From contig MKUM01000066.1 in NCBI GenBank assembly GCA_001897825.1, positions 8,687 to 72,686 of the forward strand: DNA of 64,000 nt, read 5' to 3'. Source of the DNA: Candidatus Amoebophilus sp. 36-38. Lineage in GTDB: Bacteria > Bacteroidota > Bacteroidia > Cytophagales > Amoebophilaceae. The notes under the pieces were generated by a model. It had not been told where the DNA came from. It did not search any database and was given only the letters and a program-made list of their open reading frames with translations. Below are positions 36,347 to 46,890 of the stretch, one piece after another (the stretch's first letter is position 1; every line of letters starts with the position of its first letter). A program made the translations under genes and the position numbers.

Positions 36347-38815
36347 ATGGCTATCGCACAAAATACCTATAAAGAGAAAAATGAATCCCCTAAAAAGCAA
36401 AAGAAATTACTTGGGCTAAAAGGATTTTCCATAGACCGACGCTTGAGAATAGCATTAGGCATTCTATTACAGGGTATAGCCTGGTTCTTAGGCATTGCCT
36501 TTATTTCTTACCTAGTAACTGGCAAGTTCGATCAAGGCATTCTGGAATCAGTCCATGAATTAGGGATAACAACAGCAGGCAAAGCGATGCATAACTGGCT
36601 AGGGCTAGTAGGCGCCATGGCAGCCTACTTTTTTATGTTTAGATGGATGGGCATCACTGCTTTTCTGATCGTACCTCCCCTCTACCTGTTAGGTGCCAAG
36701 CTTTTAGAAAGCAGATTTTGGAAAAACTGGAGTCTTTATAAAGTTACCGCTTTCTCTCTATTTGGCATATTATGGCTGAATCTAGCCCTGGGATATATAG
36801 CGTTATTATTTCCAGGAGCCAGCATTTTTGATAACCTGTTGGGAGGAATAGCTTTTGAACTAGGTATCCTATCTGATGGTCTATTAGGCTGGGGTACTAT
36901 GATCTTTTTACTCACTACCTTATTAATATTCATCGTTTACTACTTCAATATTACCTCACTGAAGCCCTGGTTTCAAAATTTTACAAACCTCGAATCTAAC
37001 ACTTCTCAACCACAACCTACACCCACCATTCCTACAGCCGAAAAACTAATAGATCAAGCAGATAACTACCTACCTACAAGCTCAGAAAAACAACAAATGT
37101 CTGATATACTAGAACTACAAGAGGAAGAAGAAGAAAATGATGAGGACGATGATATAGATCCAAGAAAGAGTTTATTAAATAAAGAGATCAGCAATCCCAA
37201 AGAAGTACCCCTCTCTATCGTAGATAATAACTCAGCACAAGAAGAACATAATCCTCATTTTCAACATACAGAAAGTTTAGAAGGAACTTTAGATAACTAT
37301 GATCCTAAACTAGATTTGTCAACTTACCGATATCCTACGATTGATTTATTAGACGAACGAGAGCCTGCCAAAAAAGAAGTCACCCAAGAAGAATTAGAGC
37401 AAAATAAGGATAAAATTATCAAAACGCTCACTGATTTTAGAATAGGGATCTCTAGCATTAAAGCAACAATTGGTCCAACTGTTACACTTTATGAAATTGT
37501 ACCAGAAGCTGGTGTCAAGATTTCCAAAATAAAAAATCTAGAAGATGATATAGCACTCAGCTTGTCAGCATTGGGCATCCGCATCATTGCTCCTATACCT
37601 GGCAAAGGCACCATAGGAATAGAAGTCCCTAACAAGAACCGAGAGATGGTACCTTTTAGGGACATGTTGGGTAGTGACAAGTTTATGAAAAGTAACATGG
37701 AGCTACCTATTATATTAGGCAAAAGCATTTCTAACGAGGCTGTCATAGTAGATCTAGTACGGATGCCCCATGTACTGATTGCAGGAGCTACAGGGCAGGG
37801 AAAATCTGTAGGAATCAATGTTTTGCTAGCCTCTCTAATTTATAAAAAACATCCCTCACAGCTCAAGCTCGTATTAGTAGATCCTAAAAAAGTAGAGCTA
37901 TCATTATTCAGTCATCTCGAACGACATTTTTTGGCCAAACTGCCTCAAGCTGAAGAACCAATTATTACAGAAACTAAAAAAGTAGTACATACCCTCAATT
38001 CTTTATGTTTAGAAATGGATCTCCGCTATGAATTACTCAAACAAGCTGGAACTAGAAACATTAAAGAATACAATGAAAAATTTATCAAGCGCAGACTTAA
38101 TCCAGAGAAAGGACATAGATTCTTACCGTACATTGTACTAGTTATCGATGAATTTGCAGATATGATGATGACAGCCGGCAAAGAAGTAGAAATGCCTATT
38201 GCTAGATTAGCCCAGTTGGCTAGGGCTATTGGTATCCATCTTGTTCTAGCTACTCAACGGCCATCTGTAAACGTAATTACAGGTATCATCAAAGCTAACT
38301 TCCCAGTACGCATATCCTTTAGAGTCACGTCTAAAGTAGATTCTAGAACTATTCTAGATACAGGTGGCGCAGAGCAATTAGTCGGGCAAGGTGACATGTT
38401 ACTTTCTATGAACTCCTCCATCATACGACTACAATGTCCCTTTTTAGATACGCACGAAATAGAAAACGTCTGTGATTATATAGGCGCTCAACGCGGATAT
38501 GAATCGGCTTACCTATTACCTGCCTATGAAGAAGATGAAGAAAATGGGAAATTAGAATTAGACCTAGGCGAAAGTGATCCACTCTTTGAAGAAGCAGCCA
38601 GGCTAATCGTAGCGCATCAGCAAGGCAGCACTTCGCTGATACAAAGAAAATTAAAACTGGGTTATAACCGAGCTGGAAGATTAATAGACCAACTAGAAGC
38701 GGCTGGTATAGTAGGTCCCTTTGAAGGAAGTAAAGCACGTGAAGTGTTGTTAACTGATGAACGGAGCTTAGAAATGCTACTTAAAAATCGACAAGAAGCG
38801 ATGCAGCATGCATAA
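36347..38815 (+). CDS. ftsK: DNA translocase FtsK
   Basis: 822 aa. N-terminal TM segments, Walker A AGATGQGKS, Walker B VIDEFADMMM, gamma wHTH SLIQRKLKLGYNRAGRLIDQLE. Confidence 0.96.
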   Translation: MAIAQNTYKEKNESPKKQKKLLGLKGFSIDRRLRIALGILLQGIAWFLGIAFISYLVTGKFDQGILESVHELGITTAGKAMHNWLGLVGAMAAYFFMFRWMGITAFLIVPPLYLLGAKLLESRFWKNWSLYKVTAFSLFGILWLNLALGYIALLFPGASIFDNLLGGIAFELGILSDGLLGWGTMIFLLTTLLIFIVYYFNITSLKPWFQNFTNLESNTSQPQPTPTIPTAEKLIDQADNYLPTSSEKQQMSDILELQEEEEENDEDDDIDPRKSLLNKEISNPKEVPLSIVDNNSAQEEHNPHFQHTESLEGTLDNYDPKLDLSTYRYPTIDLLDEREPAKKEVTQEELEQNKDKIIKTLTDFRIGISSIKATIGPTVTLYEIVPEAGVKISKIKNLEDDIALSLSALGIRIIAPIPGKGTIGIEVPNKNREMVPFRDMLGSDKFMKSNMELPIILGKSISNEAVIVDLVRMPHVLIAGATGQGKSVGINVLLASLIYKKHPSQLKLVLVDPKKVELSLFSHLERHFLAKLPQAEEPIITETKKVVHTLNSLCLEMDLRYELLKQAGTRNIKEYNEKFIKRRLNPEKGHRFLPYIVLVIDEFADMMMTAGKEVEMPIARLAQLARAIGIHLVLATQRPSVNVITGIIKANFPVRISFRVTSKVDSRTILDTGGAEQLVGQGDMLLSMNSSIIRLQCPFLDTHEIENVCDYIGAQRGYESAYLLPAYEEDEENGKLELDLGESDPLFEEAARLIVAHQQGSTSLIQRKLKLGYNRAGRLIDQLEAAGIVGPFEGSKAREVLLTDERSLEMLLKNRQEAMQHA

Positions 38816-39557
38816 TCGTACATCCAATAAATCTATAGTTGAATGTGGTGTTAGGACCCCAGATCTGACGCATTTTAGCGTGTCAGGGGAAGCCCCGGAT
38901 ACCACGAACAGGTACAAGAAATTGAGCTATGTATTGTTTTTTCTGCTTTTATGTAATACCACCCTCCTAGCAAAACCTAAATTTCACGCTAAAGCCCAGG
39001 AAATAGTAAATAAGATTACGATTCCAAGCAGTTTTCAAGCCGATTTTATTTATACAATCCAAGAAAAAGATGCGGAAGAAGTCCAAGAAATCGCGGGTAA
39101 GTTATGGATAAAAGCCAATAAATATCGTCTTATACTAGACCAGCAAATTATAATTAGCAATGGAACAACCCTCTGGAGTTACTTTCCTGAATTCAATGAA
39201 GTTCATATCAATACCTGCCAAGCTGAAGAAGAAGCAGATGTGTTTTCACCCATCCAGCTATTACATAGCTATCAACAAGGATTTATACCTACTTCTTTCA
39301 AGGAAACAATAATCAATAAAGTTGCTTGTGACTTGGTAAAACTCACCCCAACAGATCAAGAAAGTTCCATAACACATCTTAGCTTGCTAATTGAAAAGGA
39401 AAGTCATCAAATAAAAAACATTAAAGCCTTGGATAAGAACGGTACGATACATAGTTTTATGCTAGTAGAGATGGTACCAGATATGGATATAGAAGATAGT
39501 TATTTCGAATTCGATACAGCAAACTACGAGGACTTAGAAATAGTTGATTTGCGCTAG
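38808..39557 (+). CDS. lolA: Outer-membrane lipoprotein carrier protein LolA-like
   Basis: LolA-like core (FQADFIYTIQ...GKLWIKANKYRLIL...TTLWSYFPEFNEVHI) in the usual position after ftsK. The first 38 codons of the ORF run through the hairpin repeats, so in-frame TTG at 38922 is a more plausible start. Confidence 0.75.
   Translation: MHNRTSNKSIVECGVRTPDLTHFSVSGEAPDTTNRYKKLSYVLFFLLLCNTTLLAKPKFHAKAQEIVNKITIPSSFQADFIYTIQEKDAEEVQEIAGKLWIKANKYRLILDQQIIISNGTTLWSYFPEFNEVHINTCQAEEEADVFSPIQLLHSYQQGFIPTSFKETIINKVACDLVKLTPTDQESSITHLSLLIEKESHQIKNIKALDKNGTIHSFMLVEMVPDMDIEDSYFEFDTANYEDLEIVDLR
38844..38906. repeat. Two degenerate GTGTCAGGG-family hairpins at the ftsK/lolA junction
   Basis: tgtggtgttaggaccccagatctgacgca and gcgtgtcaggggaagccccggataccacg. 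Confidence 0.55.
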
Positions 39558-39670
39558 AAAAATGCTCTTAATCAAGTATTGTTTTCTATAGGTGATACCT
39601 ACATTCTTACTAAGAAACACATATGGGTAGTTAATAAGGTACATATGTACTCATAAATAAAATAATTAAA

Positions 39671-40885
39671 ATGCACCATTTTCTTTCGTCGCGCATACGC
39701 GCTATGGCCGAATCAGCTACGCTAGCGATGCATAGTCTAACACAATCATTACAAGCACAAGGCCATCATATATGCGACCTAACTTTGGGAGAACCCAATT
39801 TTATTACTCCCTACTCGATCCAAGAAGCTGCCAAGCAAGCGATTGACACAGGCAAGTATTTTTCTTATCCTCCCGTAGCTGGATATAAAGATCTCCGAGA
39901 GGCCATTGCTAAAAAATTGAAGCATGAAAATAAGATTGTCTGCGAGCCTAATCAGATTATCGTTTCTACAGGAGCTAAACAATCTTTATCGAACCTATTT
40001 TTTTGTTTATTAGACCCCGGAGATGAAATCATTGTATTTACGCCTTATTGGGTAAGCTACGCCTCTAACATAGAGTTAGCCGGAGGAAAGTGTGTATTTA
40101 TCAAGGGAAGCAAAGAAAGACATTATGAACCCACTAGTGAACAACTCGAACAAGCCATCACACCTAAAACTAAGGCGATTATCTACTCTTCGCCCAGTAA
40201 CCCATCTGGCTTGGTTTTATCTAAGGAATCCTTGTTGGGCATCGCGGAGGTATTAGAAAGACATCCACATGTTTTAGTTATCGCTGACGAAATCTATGAG
40301 TATATCCACTTTACAGAAGGGCTTACCAGTATAGGTTCTATAGATAAGATCAAAGATCGTGTGGTAACAGTAAATGGGTTTTCTAAAGGATACGCCATGA
40401 CTGGCTGGCGAGTAGGCTACTTAGCGGCTCCTTTATGGTTAGCCAAAGCGTGTGAAAAAATACAGGGGCAGCTTACCTCTGCCACCTGTTCTATTGCCCA
40501 ACGTGCTGCCCTAGCTGCTTTTGATGTAGAACCTAAGATTATACAAGAAATGCGCGATACTTATCGACGTAGAAGAGACTTGGCCATCAAATACATTCAG
40601 CATATGCCAGGAATTACTTGTAATATCCCTTTGGGGGCTTTTTATCTTTTTCCAGACATCAGCCATTATTTTGGACATACAGATGGTAAAGTTGTCATCA
40701 AAAATGCAGATGATTTTTGTATGTATCTATTGCAAGAAGCCAAGGTTAGCACAGTTTCAGGAACAGGATTTGGTAATCCGCATTGTATAAGAATATCTTA
40801 TGCAACATCCGACGAAGTGATACGAGAAGGTATGGAACGTATACAAAAGGCATTACAAAAATTGTATCCTACGACATCAGCGTAA
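39671..40885 (+). CDS. Pyridoxal-phosphate-dependent aminotransferase (class I, aspartate aminotransferase-like)
   Basis: 404 aa. PLP-lysine motif FSKGYAMTGWRVGY and the conserved SNPSG. Confidence 0.9.
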   Translation: MHHFLSSRIRAMAESATLAMHSLTQSLQAQGHHICDLTLGEPNFITPYSIQEAAKQAIDTGKYFSYPPVAGYKDLREAIAKKLKHENKIVCEPNQIIVSTGAKQSLSNLFFCLLDPGDEIIVFTPYWVSYASNIELAGGKCVFIKGSKERHYEPTSEQLEQAITPKTKAIIYSSPSNPSGLVLSKESLLGIAEVLERHPHVLVIADEIYEYIHFTEGLTSIGSIDKIKDRVVTVNGFSKGYAMTGWRVGYLAAPLWLAKACEKIQGQLTSATCSIAQRAALAAFDVEPKIIQEMRDTYRRRRDLAIKYIQHMPGITCNIPLGAFYLFPDISHYFGHTDGKVVIKNADDFCMYLLQEAKVSTVSGTGFGNPHCIRISYATSDEVIREGMERIQKALQKLYPTTSA

Positions 40886-40994
40886 CTACCCTTAATTTTA
40901 GGAAAGTTGAAGTTAATTACAATTAGATTTTACCTACTTAGAACTAGGAACCACAGCCTCTCTCTTGAGTCTGTGGCTCACAGGTAAAAAAATA

Positions 40995-41471
40995 CTAGGT
41001 TTTCTTTTCAAGCTGATGCTGTTGCTGAAAATTTTGAAGCAGTTTGATCCACTTCTCTAAACCATCCATAGCCTGCTCCACAGTCTCTGCCCTAAATCCC
41101 CCTCTCATCAACTGAACTAATACATCAGCTCCTTTTTCTTGTGCATCCAAATCCCCAGCTTTAAACTGCTGTAAGGATCGATTTAAATCACTACGCATAC
41201 CAATACTAACTTCAAGTTCTTGCGCGGCTTTCGGGGGATATTCTCTAAGTTCCCTAATTACTTTCCTATTTAAAATCTGCCATTGACTGGGTTGCACATT
41301 TTCTTTTAATTGAGCAATCAAAATTGCTTCTTCTTGTCTTAGCTTAATTAACTGTTGTTCTTTAGTTAAGTGTTGTCTATTTGCATGTTGAGTACGAGAG
41401 CAGTTGCTTGATAAAATTATTACCAATAACAACCTGATAGCTAGTTGTAGATATTGGGGAATATTTATCAT
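40995..41471 (-). CDS. Hypothetical lipoprotein
   Basis: Lipobox-like LLLVIILSSNC. Helical and Q/E-rich. No recognisable family. Confidence 0.5.
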   Translation of the reverse strand: MINIPQYLQLAIRLLLVIILSSNCSRTQHANRQHLTKEQQLIKLRQEEAILIAQLKENVQPSQWQILNRKVIRELREYPPKAAQELEVSIGMRSDLNRSLQQFKAGDLDAQEKGADVLVQLMRGGFRAETVEQAMDGLEKWIKLLQNFQQQHQLEKKT

Positions 41472-41662
41472 CGTAGATGGAAGTAGAAAAAGGACAAAAC
41501 TCTTTATAGAAGCTAACTATATTTTAACAAATATACAAGCCCAAACATAGTCCTGAGTTTAGAGAGATAGACTTCCTACTAGCAACTATTTAATAGATTT
41601 CTCTTGCCATATTCAATACTAAATCTTAGATTATAAGAATAAGATTTGCAATTTATTATATC

Positions 41663-43492
41663 GTGAACACTATCCTATACACTATGTACATTACGAAACT
41701 CTCAGAAATATTTAGCAATAAAAATACACGACGCCTAATAGGCCAAATAGCAGCGCTGATACTTGTTCTTAACACAGAAGCCTGCACCTGTAACGGAGGT
41801 AAGAATAATACAGCAAACCTAAGCATGCAGATAGGAAAGATCTTACTAATAGGTGAAAATGAGACCTCTATAGACGTAACTTTTCAAACAGATGATTCCG
41901 GGAAGCCTGCGATTATAGGTGATTTCAAACTAAGAGTTAATATTGTTGAACAAAAAACGTTCACAGGTACAACAACCGGCAGTCACATAAAATATGAAGA
42001 AGCAGCAAATGATCCAGAAACTGGAAATAATGAGGGAGATATCTCTCAACCTTTTGAAAAATTATTAAGTGAATTTACCAACTATGCCAAGCTAGATCCA
42101 GCTAGCGGAATAAAATCCTTTGAGGAAATGTTTACACTCGTTCCAGCTCAGGATGCTATTCATGTCAAGATAAATTTTGAACTTGTCAATGCGGGTGGCG
42201 AAAGTATGAAAATTGTAGAAGTAGAATGGATAAAAAGCAAAATAGTGATTAATCCTCCAGCTAAATTTATAGGGGAAGAAGAAGAATTTACTTTAAAAAA
42301 TTTAAAAGGAGGCGACCTAACTTCGGAAGACCTCGATAAACTCAATGTGAAAATTGTAAGCAGCAAAGAAAATGTTTCGTTCCTACTTGGTAATACCAGT
42401 AAATCTGAAGCTAGCCTAAAGCAGATATTCCCTGACATGAGTGAGCTACACGAAGAACAATCAACAAATCCTATCACAATAACGGCACATAACCCCGAAA
42501 AGGAAGCAGAAGCTATATTTACGATCCGGTTAGAGACTAGTGACGCTACAGGTGGAACTTCTTTGCTAACTGAAGTTCCTGTAAAATGGTCCGAAACTGA
42601 AGAAACGAAAGCGCTGAGGGAGAAAGAAGATAAACTTGCTCAACTCGAAGCAAAACATACAGAACTTGAACAGCAAAAACAAGAGCTACAAAATAAAAAT
42701 GATAAACTTAATGCAGAGATAGCAGAATCTAAAGGCAAAGTTAAAGCTGCCAAAGACGCAGATAAGACTGACCCTACCAAAGAAAGTAACGTAAAGCAGG
42801 CTAAAGAAGCGCTCAAAAACACCAAAAGCAAGAATGGCGAAGAAATCAAACAAAATAACAAACAGGTGAAGGAATTAGAAGAAGAAATTAAAGCGAATGA
42901 AAAAGAACAAAAGAAGCTCAAAAAAGAAATAGGTAAAGAGGGAGAAAATGACGAGGATGATTCAAATTCTCTGCCAGAGATAGTGATGTCACTTCAAGAT
43001 AGAAAGCCAACAGATCCAAACTTTACCATTGAATTAGCTAATAATAAAGGAAAGGAACCAACGGATGAACAAACAGAAAAAATTAATTTTTGGTATGAAG
43101 TAGAAAATTCTACAGGGGATATTTCCGCCGTAACTCTTAATCATGGTGGCCAGCATGTAAAAAAAGGTGATAAAGTTAATTTGAAAAGCCTACTTACCGA
43201 AAAAGTATATGCTACTTTCCTGGAGCGATTAAAAATGGATCATAAACACGATCTACTATTTACTATACATCCAGGCTTAGCTGACAGTATAAACATTATA
43301 ATACATTTAGAAGGCACAGCAGATGCCGATAAAACCGTTACTGTAGAGTGGAAAAAAGAAGATGAGGAGCAAAAGAAGAAAGAGAAAGCGGATAAAAAGC
43401 AAAAGGAGAAAGAGGAGAAAGAGAAAAAGAAGAAAGAGGAAGCGGATAAAAAGCAAAAGGAGAAAGAACAGAAGAAGCAGAATAAAGGATGA
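41663..43492 (+). CDS. Hypothetical repetitive lipoprotein with central coiled coil and K/E-rich tail
   Basis: Lipobox-like ALILVLNTEAC. Recurring beta-modules end V-x-V-(E/K)-W. The coiled coil spans roughly aa 310-420. An 18-aa (54-bp) tandem repeat ADKKQKEKE... occurs at 43388-43467. Confidence 0.6.
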   Translation: MNTILYTMYITKLSEIFSNKNTRRLIGQIAALILVLNTEACTCNGGKNNTANLSMQIGKILLIGENETSIDVTFQTDDSGKPAIIGDFKLRVNIVEQKTFTGTTTGSHIKYEEAANDPETGNNEGDISQPFEKLLSEFTNYAKLDPASGIKSFEEMFTLVPAQDAIHVKINFELVNAGGESMKIVEVEWIKSKIVINPPAKFIGEEEEFTLKNLKGGDLTSEDLDKLNVKIVSSKENVSFLLGNTSKSEASLKQIFPDMSELHEEQSTNPITITAHNPEKEAEAIFTIRLETSDATGGTSLLTEVPVKWSETEETKALREKEDKLAQLEAKHTELEQQKQELQNKNDKLNAEIAESKGKVKAAKDADKTDPTKESNVKQAKEALKNTKSKNGEEIKQNNKQVKELEEEIKANEKEQKKLKKEIGKEGENDEDDSNSLPEIVMSLQDRKPTDPNFTIELANNKGKEPTDEQTEKINFWYEVENSTGDISAVTLNHGGQHVKKGDKVNLKSLLTEKVYATFLERLKMDHKHDLLFTIHPGLADSINIIIHLEGTADADKTVTVEWKKEDEEQKKKEKADKKQKEKEEKEKKKKEEADKKQKEKEQKKQNKG

Positions 43493-43580
43493 TTAGAAGA
43501 AAAAAAGATAAGAAGTAATAATTACAAATAATCCTATCTACTTATATATAAAAGTTACAAGTAGATATAACTTATTCAAA

Positions 43581-43609
43581 AGCCTACATATGCTGTATGT
43601 AGGCTTTTT
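43581..43609 (+). terminator. Rho-independent terminator
   Basis: 10-bp stem agcctacata/tatgtaggct, loop tgctg, then TTTT. Confidence 0.7.
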
Positions 43610-43754
43610 GATTTAAAAAAATCTGCTTAAAAGTCCATGATCTGATACTCACAGACCATATTTATTGTGTCCTGTATGCCATAGGACACGGAAAGGGGCA
43701 GTCGCTCGGCTTCGCCGAGTGACGAATATTATACTTGGCTATGCCAAGTAATTA

Positions 43755-43832
43755 TGGGGTGAGAGACGGGACTCGAACCCGCGACCTCTGGTGCCACAAA
43801 CCAGCGCTCTAACCAACTGAGCTACAATCACC
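43755..43832 (-). tRNA. tRNA-His (anticodon GTG) with G-1 and encoded CCA; acceptor stem imperfect
   Basis: Anticodon loop TTGTGGC, D-arm GCTCAGTTGGTTAGAGC, T-loop TTCGAGT, G-1:C73. Positions 5:68 (T/C) and 6:67 (T/T) are unpaired in my fold. Confidence 0.75.
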
Positions 43833-43836
43833 GTGT

Positions 43837-43980
43837 AGAATTCTTTCTAAACCGTCGTCTTGAGCTTCCTGAGTTCGTCAGTAAGTGCGTGTCAGGGCCC
43901 CAGCCCTGACACTCCAACTCCGATTTCTCACAAATTCCCTCCTACTCAGACAACCCAATTCTTGGTTTGGAAAGAACTCT
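43837..43980 (+). mobile_element. MITE-like element copy D with nested GTGTCAGGGC hairpin (43889-43912)
   Basis: agaattctttctaaaccgtcgtcttgag...gtgtcagggccccagccctgacac...ccgatttctcacaaattccc...ggtttggaaagaactct. Begins 5 nt upstream of the tRNA-His 5' end. Confidence 0.8.
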
Positions 43981-44108
43981 TATATATTTGTTGTCAAAGA
44001 AAATAAATTATTGGCTAGTTCTCAATACTTTTGCAATAGATTACATGCTGTAAAGCTACATAATTTTTAAATACCTAATTTTACCTGTATAAATTTTAAG
44101 TAAAAGAC

Positions 44109-45167
44109 ATGACTTATAGCGATATACAAAAGCTCTTAGGTACATCTGCAGAAGATTTGCTAACCCATCAGAGCAAAACTATAGATAAAAAATCTTTACA
44201 CCTACCCAATCCTCATTTTATTGAACAAATATTTCTACCCTCCAACAGAAGCCCACAAGTACTTAAAAGTTTAGGCTCCCTTTGGAACCATGGTAGGTTA
44301 GCCCATACAGGGTATCTTTCTATTTTACCCGTAGATCAAGGCATAGAATACACTGCTGGCGCTGCTTTTGCTCCCAACCCGCTATATTTCGATCCTGAAA
44401 ATATCATCAAGTTAGCAATTGAAGGGGGTTGTAGTGCAGTTGCCGTAACCCTAGGAACATGGGGTATCATAGCTAGAAAATATGCGCATAAGATTCCTTG
44501 CATCGTTAAACTCAATCATAATGAACTCATGACTTACCCCAATAAGTATGACCAAGTTATGTTTGGATCAGTAAAAGAGGCATGGAACCTGGGTGCTACG
44601 GCGGTGGGTGCTACCATTTATTTTGGATCTGCACAGGCCAATCGGCAACTTATCGAAATTTCGCAAGCATTTGAACACGCGCATGAACTAGGTATGGCAA
44701 CTATTCTATGGTGCTATGCAAGAAATAGTAGTTTTAACACGCAAGAAGCGGACTATCATTTTGCAGCAGACATAACAGGACAAGCCAACCATCTAGGGGT
44801 TACTCTCCAAGCCGATATCATTAAACAAAAGCTACCTACTTGTAATAAAGGTTTTATAGCATTAAATTTCGGTAAGACTCATCCTAAAATGTATACGGAA
44901 CTTTGCTCATCACATCCCATAGATCTATGCCGCTACCAAGTGGCTAATTGCTATATGGGCAGAATAGGACTTGTTAACTCTGGAGGGCCTGCAGAAGGCC
45001 CCAATGATTTAGCAGATGCAGTAAAAACAGCCGTTATTAACAAACGTGCAGGAGGAATGGGACTCATCAGTGGACGGAAAGCTTTCCAGCGGCCCATCCA
45101 AGAAGGAATCGAATTGTTACATGCCATACAAGATGTATATTTAGAACCAAAAATTAGTATAGCTTGA
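44109..45167 (+). CDS. fbaB: Class I fructose-bisphosphate aldolase (FbaB/DhnA type)
   Basis: 352 aa, collinear with E. coli FbaB along its length ([44 protein letters not shown]). Confidence 0.93.
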   Translation: MTYSDIQKLLGTSAEDLLTHQSKTIDKKSLHLPNPHFIEQIFLPSNRSPQVLKSLGSLWNHGRLAHTGYLSILPVDQGIEYTAGAAFAPNPLYFDPENIIKLAIEGGCSAVAVTLGTWGIIARKYAHKIPCIVKLNHNELMTYPNKYDQVMFGSVKEAWNLGATAVGATIYFGSAQANRQLIEISQAFEHAHELGMATILWCYARNSSFNTQEADYHFAADITGQANHLGVTLQADIIKQKLPTCNKGFIALNFGKTHPKMYTELCSSHPIDLCRYQVANCYMGRIGLVNSGGPAEGPNDLADAVKTAVINKRAGGMGLISGRKAFQRPIQEGIELLHAIQDVYLEPKISIA

Positions 45168-45229
45168 TTTATAATAAAAACATTAGAGTTTTTTCCAAAC
45201 TCTATTAACCCAACCATAAATTTTTACTT

Positions 45230-46075
45230 ATGTCCTGGTTTAGAAGAAAACAAAAAGGAATTTTAACTCCTACGCAACATAAAAAAGAAACTCCTGATGG
45301 GCTATGGTACAAAACCCCTAAAGGAAAAATCGTCCATCTCAAAGAGATCAAAGAAAATGCTTATGTATCTCCAGAAGATGGTTACCATGTTCGTATAGGC
45401 TCTAAAGAATACTTTGAATTATTATTTGATAATAACCAATTTACACAAATTGCTTCTAAGCTTACATCTGGAGATCCCCTTGAATTTGTAGATAATAAGT
45501 CTTATGTACAGCGGCTACAACAAGCTCAGAAAGAAACCCATCTCAAGGACGCTATCCAAGTAGGCTACGGTGCCATGAATGGGATTAATATAGTGATTGC
45601 GTGTATGGATTTTAATTTTATTGGAGGATCTATGGGTTCGGTAGTAGGTGAAAAAATAGCAAGAGCCGTTGACCATGCTTTACAGAATCAAACACCTTTA
45701 CTGATCATTTCCAAATCTGGGGGAGCACGCATGATGGAAGCCAGCTTATCTTTAATGCAGATGGCAAAAACTTCAGCCAAACTATTGCAACTAGCACAAG
45801 CTAAGTTACCTTATATATCGCTCCTCACCGACCCTACTACAGGTGGTGTAACAGCTTCCTTTGCTATGCTGGGCGATTTTAATATTGCTGAGCCAGGTGC
45901 ATTAATTGGATTTGCAGGACCTAGAATCATCAGGGATACGATTGGAAGAGATCTGCCCAAAGGCTTTCAAACTTCTGAATTTCTACTAGAGCACGGCTTC
46001 TTAGATTTTATCGTAGACAGAAGAGTTTTAAAGTCTACTTTAACTAAGTTATTAAGCATGTTATCTAATAAATAA
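45230..46075 (+). CDS. accD: Acetyl-CoA carboxylase carboxyltransferase subunit beta
   Basis: 281 aa. Conserved [13 protein letters not shown] and SGGARMQE-like (SGGARMME) motifs. Confidence 0.93.
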   Translation: MSWFRRKQKGILTPTQHKKETPDGLWYKTPKGKIVHLKEIKENAYVSPEDGYHVRIGSKEYFELLFDNNQFTQIASKLTSGDPLEFVDNKSYVQRLQQAQKETHLKDAIQVGYGAMNGINIVIACMDFNFIGGSMGSVVGEKIARAVDHALQNQTPLLIISKSGGARMMEASLSLMQMAKTSAKLLQLAQAKLPYISLLTDPTTGGVTASFAMLGDFNIAEPGALIGFAGPRIIRDTIGRDLPKGFQTSEFLLEHGFLDFIVDRRVLKSTLTKLLSMLSNK

Positions 46076-46181
46076 CTCGTCTTACGCGACTAAGAGATGG
46101 GATTACTAACTTTACTTTGTAATTTAAAAAGATCCAAGCATTATACTACCCAGAAGGCTGGGGAAAAGTTTAAAAAAAACC

Positions 46182-46261
46182 GCCTTTTCTGCAAGGCGGT
46201 GACTTTTTTGCTTACTTTTTTTCTGCCACAAAAAAAGTAAGGCGCGCCGCAGGCGAAATTT
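46182..46261 (-). repeat. Inverted copy of the 25497-25577 repeat (hairpin cttacttttttt-ctgccac-aaaaaaagtaag)
   Basis: Direct comparison. Preceded by the terminator-like hairpin ccgcctt-ttctgc-aaggcgg at 46180-46199. Confidence 0.85.
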
Positions 46262-46389
46262 GTTTTAAACAAATAAAGCTTAAGCTAAAAAAAATTTATT
46301 TAATTTCTTATCAAATGGGAAAATGAAAGTTTCAGTCCTCAGGTATGCAACATTAAGTTAATAAGTTACATTTTATAAACGAATAAATA

Positions 46390-46872
46390 ATGCTACAACG
46401 TATACAAACCATGTTTTTATGCATGATAGTCTGCTCTATTTTTGCTTTTCTCTTCTTGCCTATATGGAATAAAATAGATCCCAATACCACCCATGGCTAT
46501 ATATTGTATCCATGGAAATTACAAGATATTCATACCACTGAGCATCTATCTAACACCTGGTTGATGCCCTACGCTTTATTGGGTAGCCTATCTATTGTAA
46601 TTATTTTGATTGCTATTTATGCAATCATCCGGTTTGATAATAGAATGTTACAGCTTAAACTAGGCGCATTAAATAGTCTTTTATTAACCGCTTTGTTAGG
46701 AACAATTGTATATTTAGTCACCAAGAACCAGAGCGCCTTACTGCCAGAAATATCAGGCCAATATAGGATAGGGTTTTTGATGCCAATAATAGCCGTAGTA
46801 AGTAATTTTTTGGCCAATTATTTTATTAGAAAAGATGAAAAATTGGTGAATTCAACAAACAGAATTAGATAA
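46390..46872 (+). CDS. DUF4293-like integral membrane protein
   Basis: 160 aa with four hydrophobic segments. The MLQRIQTMFL start is typical of this Bacteroidota family. Confidence 0.55.
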   Translation: MLQRIQTMFLCMIVCSIFAFLFLPIWNKIDPNTTHGYILYPWKLQDIHTTEHLSNTWLMPYALLGSLSIVIILIAIYAIIRFDNRMLQLKLGALNSLLLTALLGTIVYLVTKNQSALLPEISGQYRIGFLMPIIAVVSNFLANYFIRKDEKLVNSTNRIR

Positions 46873-46890
46873 AACAAAATAAATAAACAG

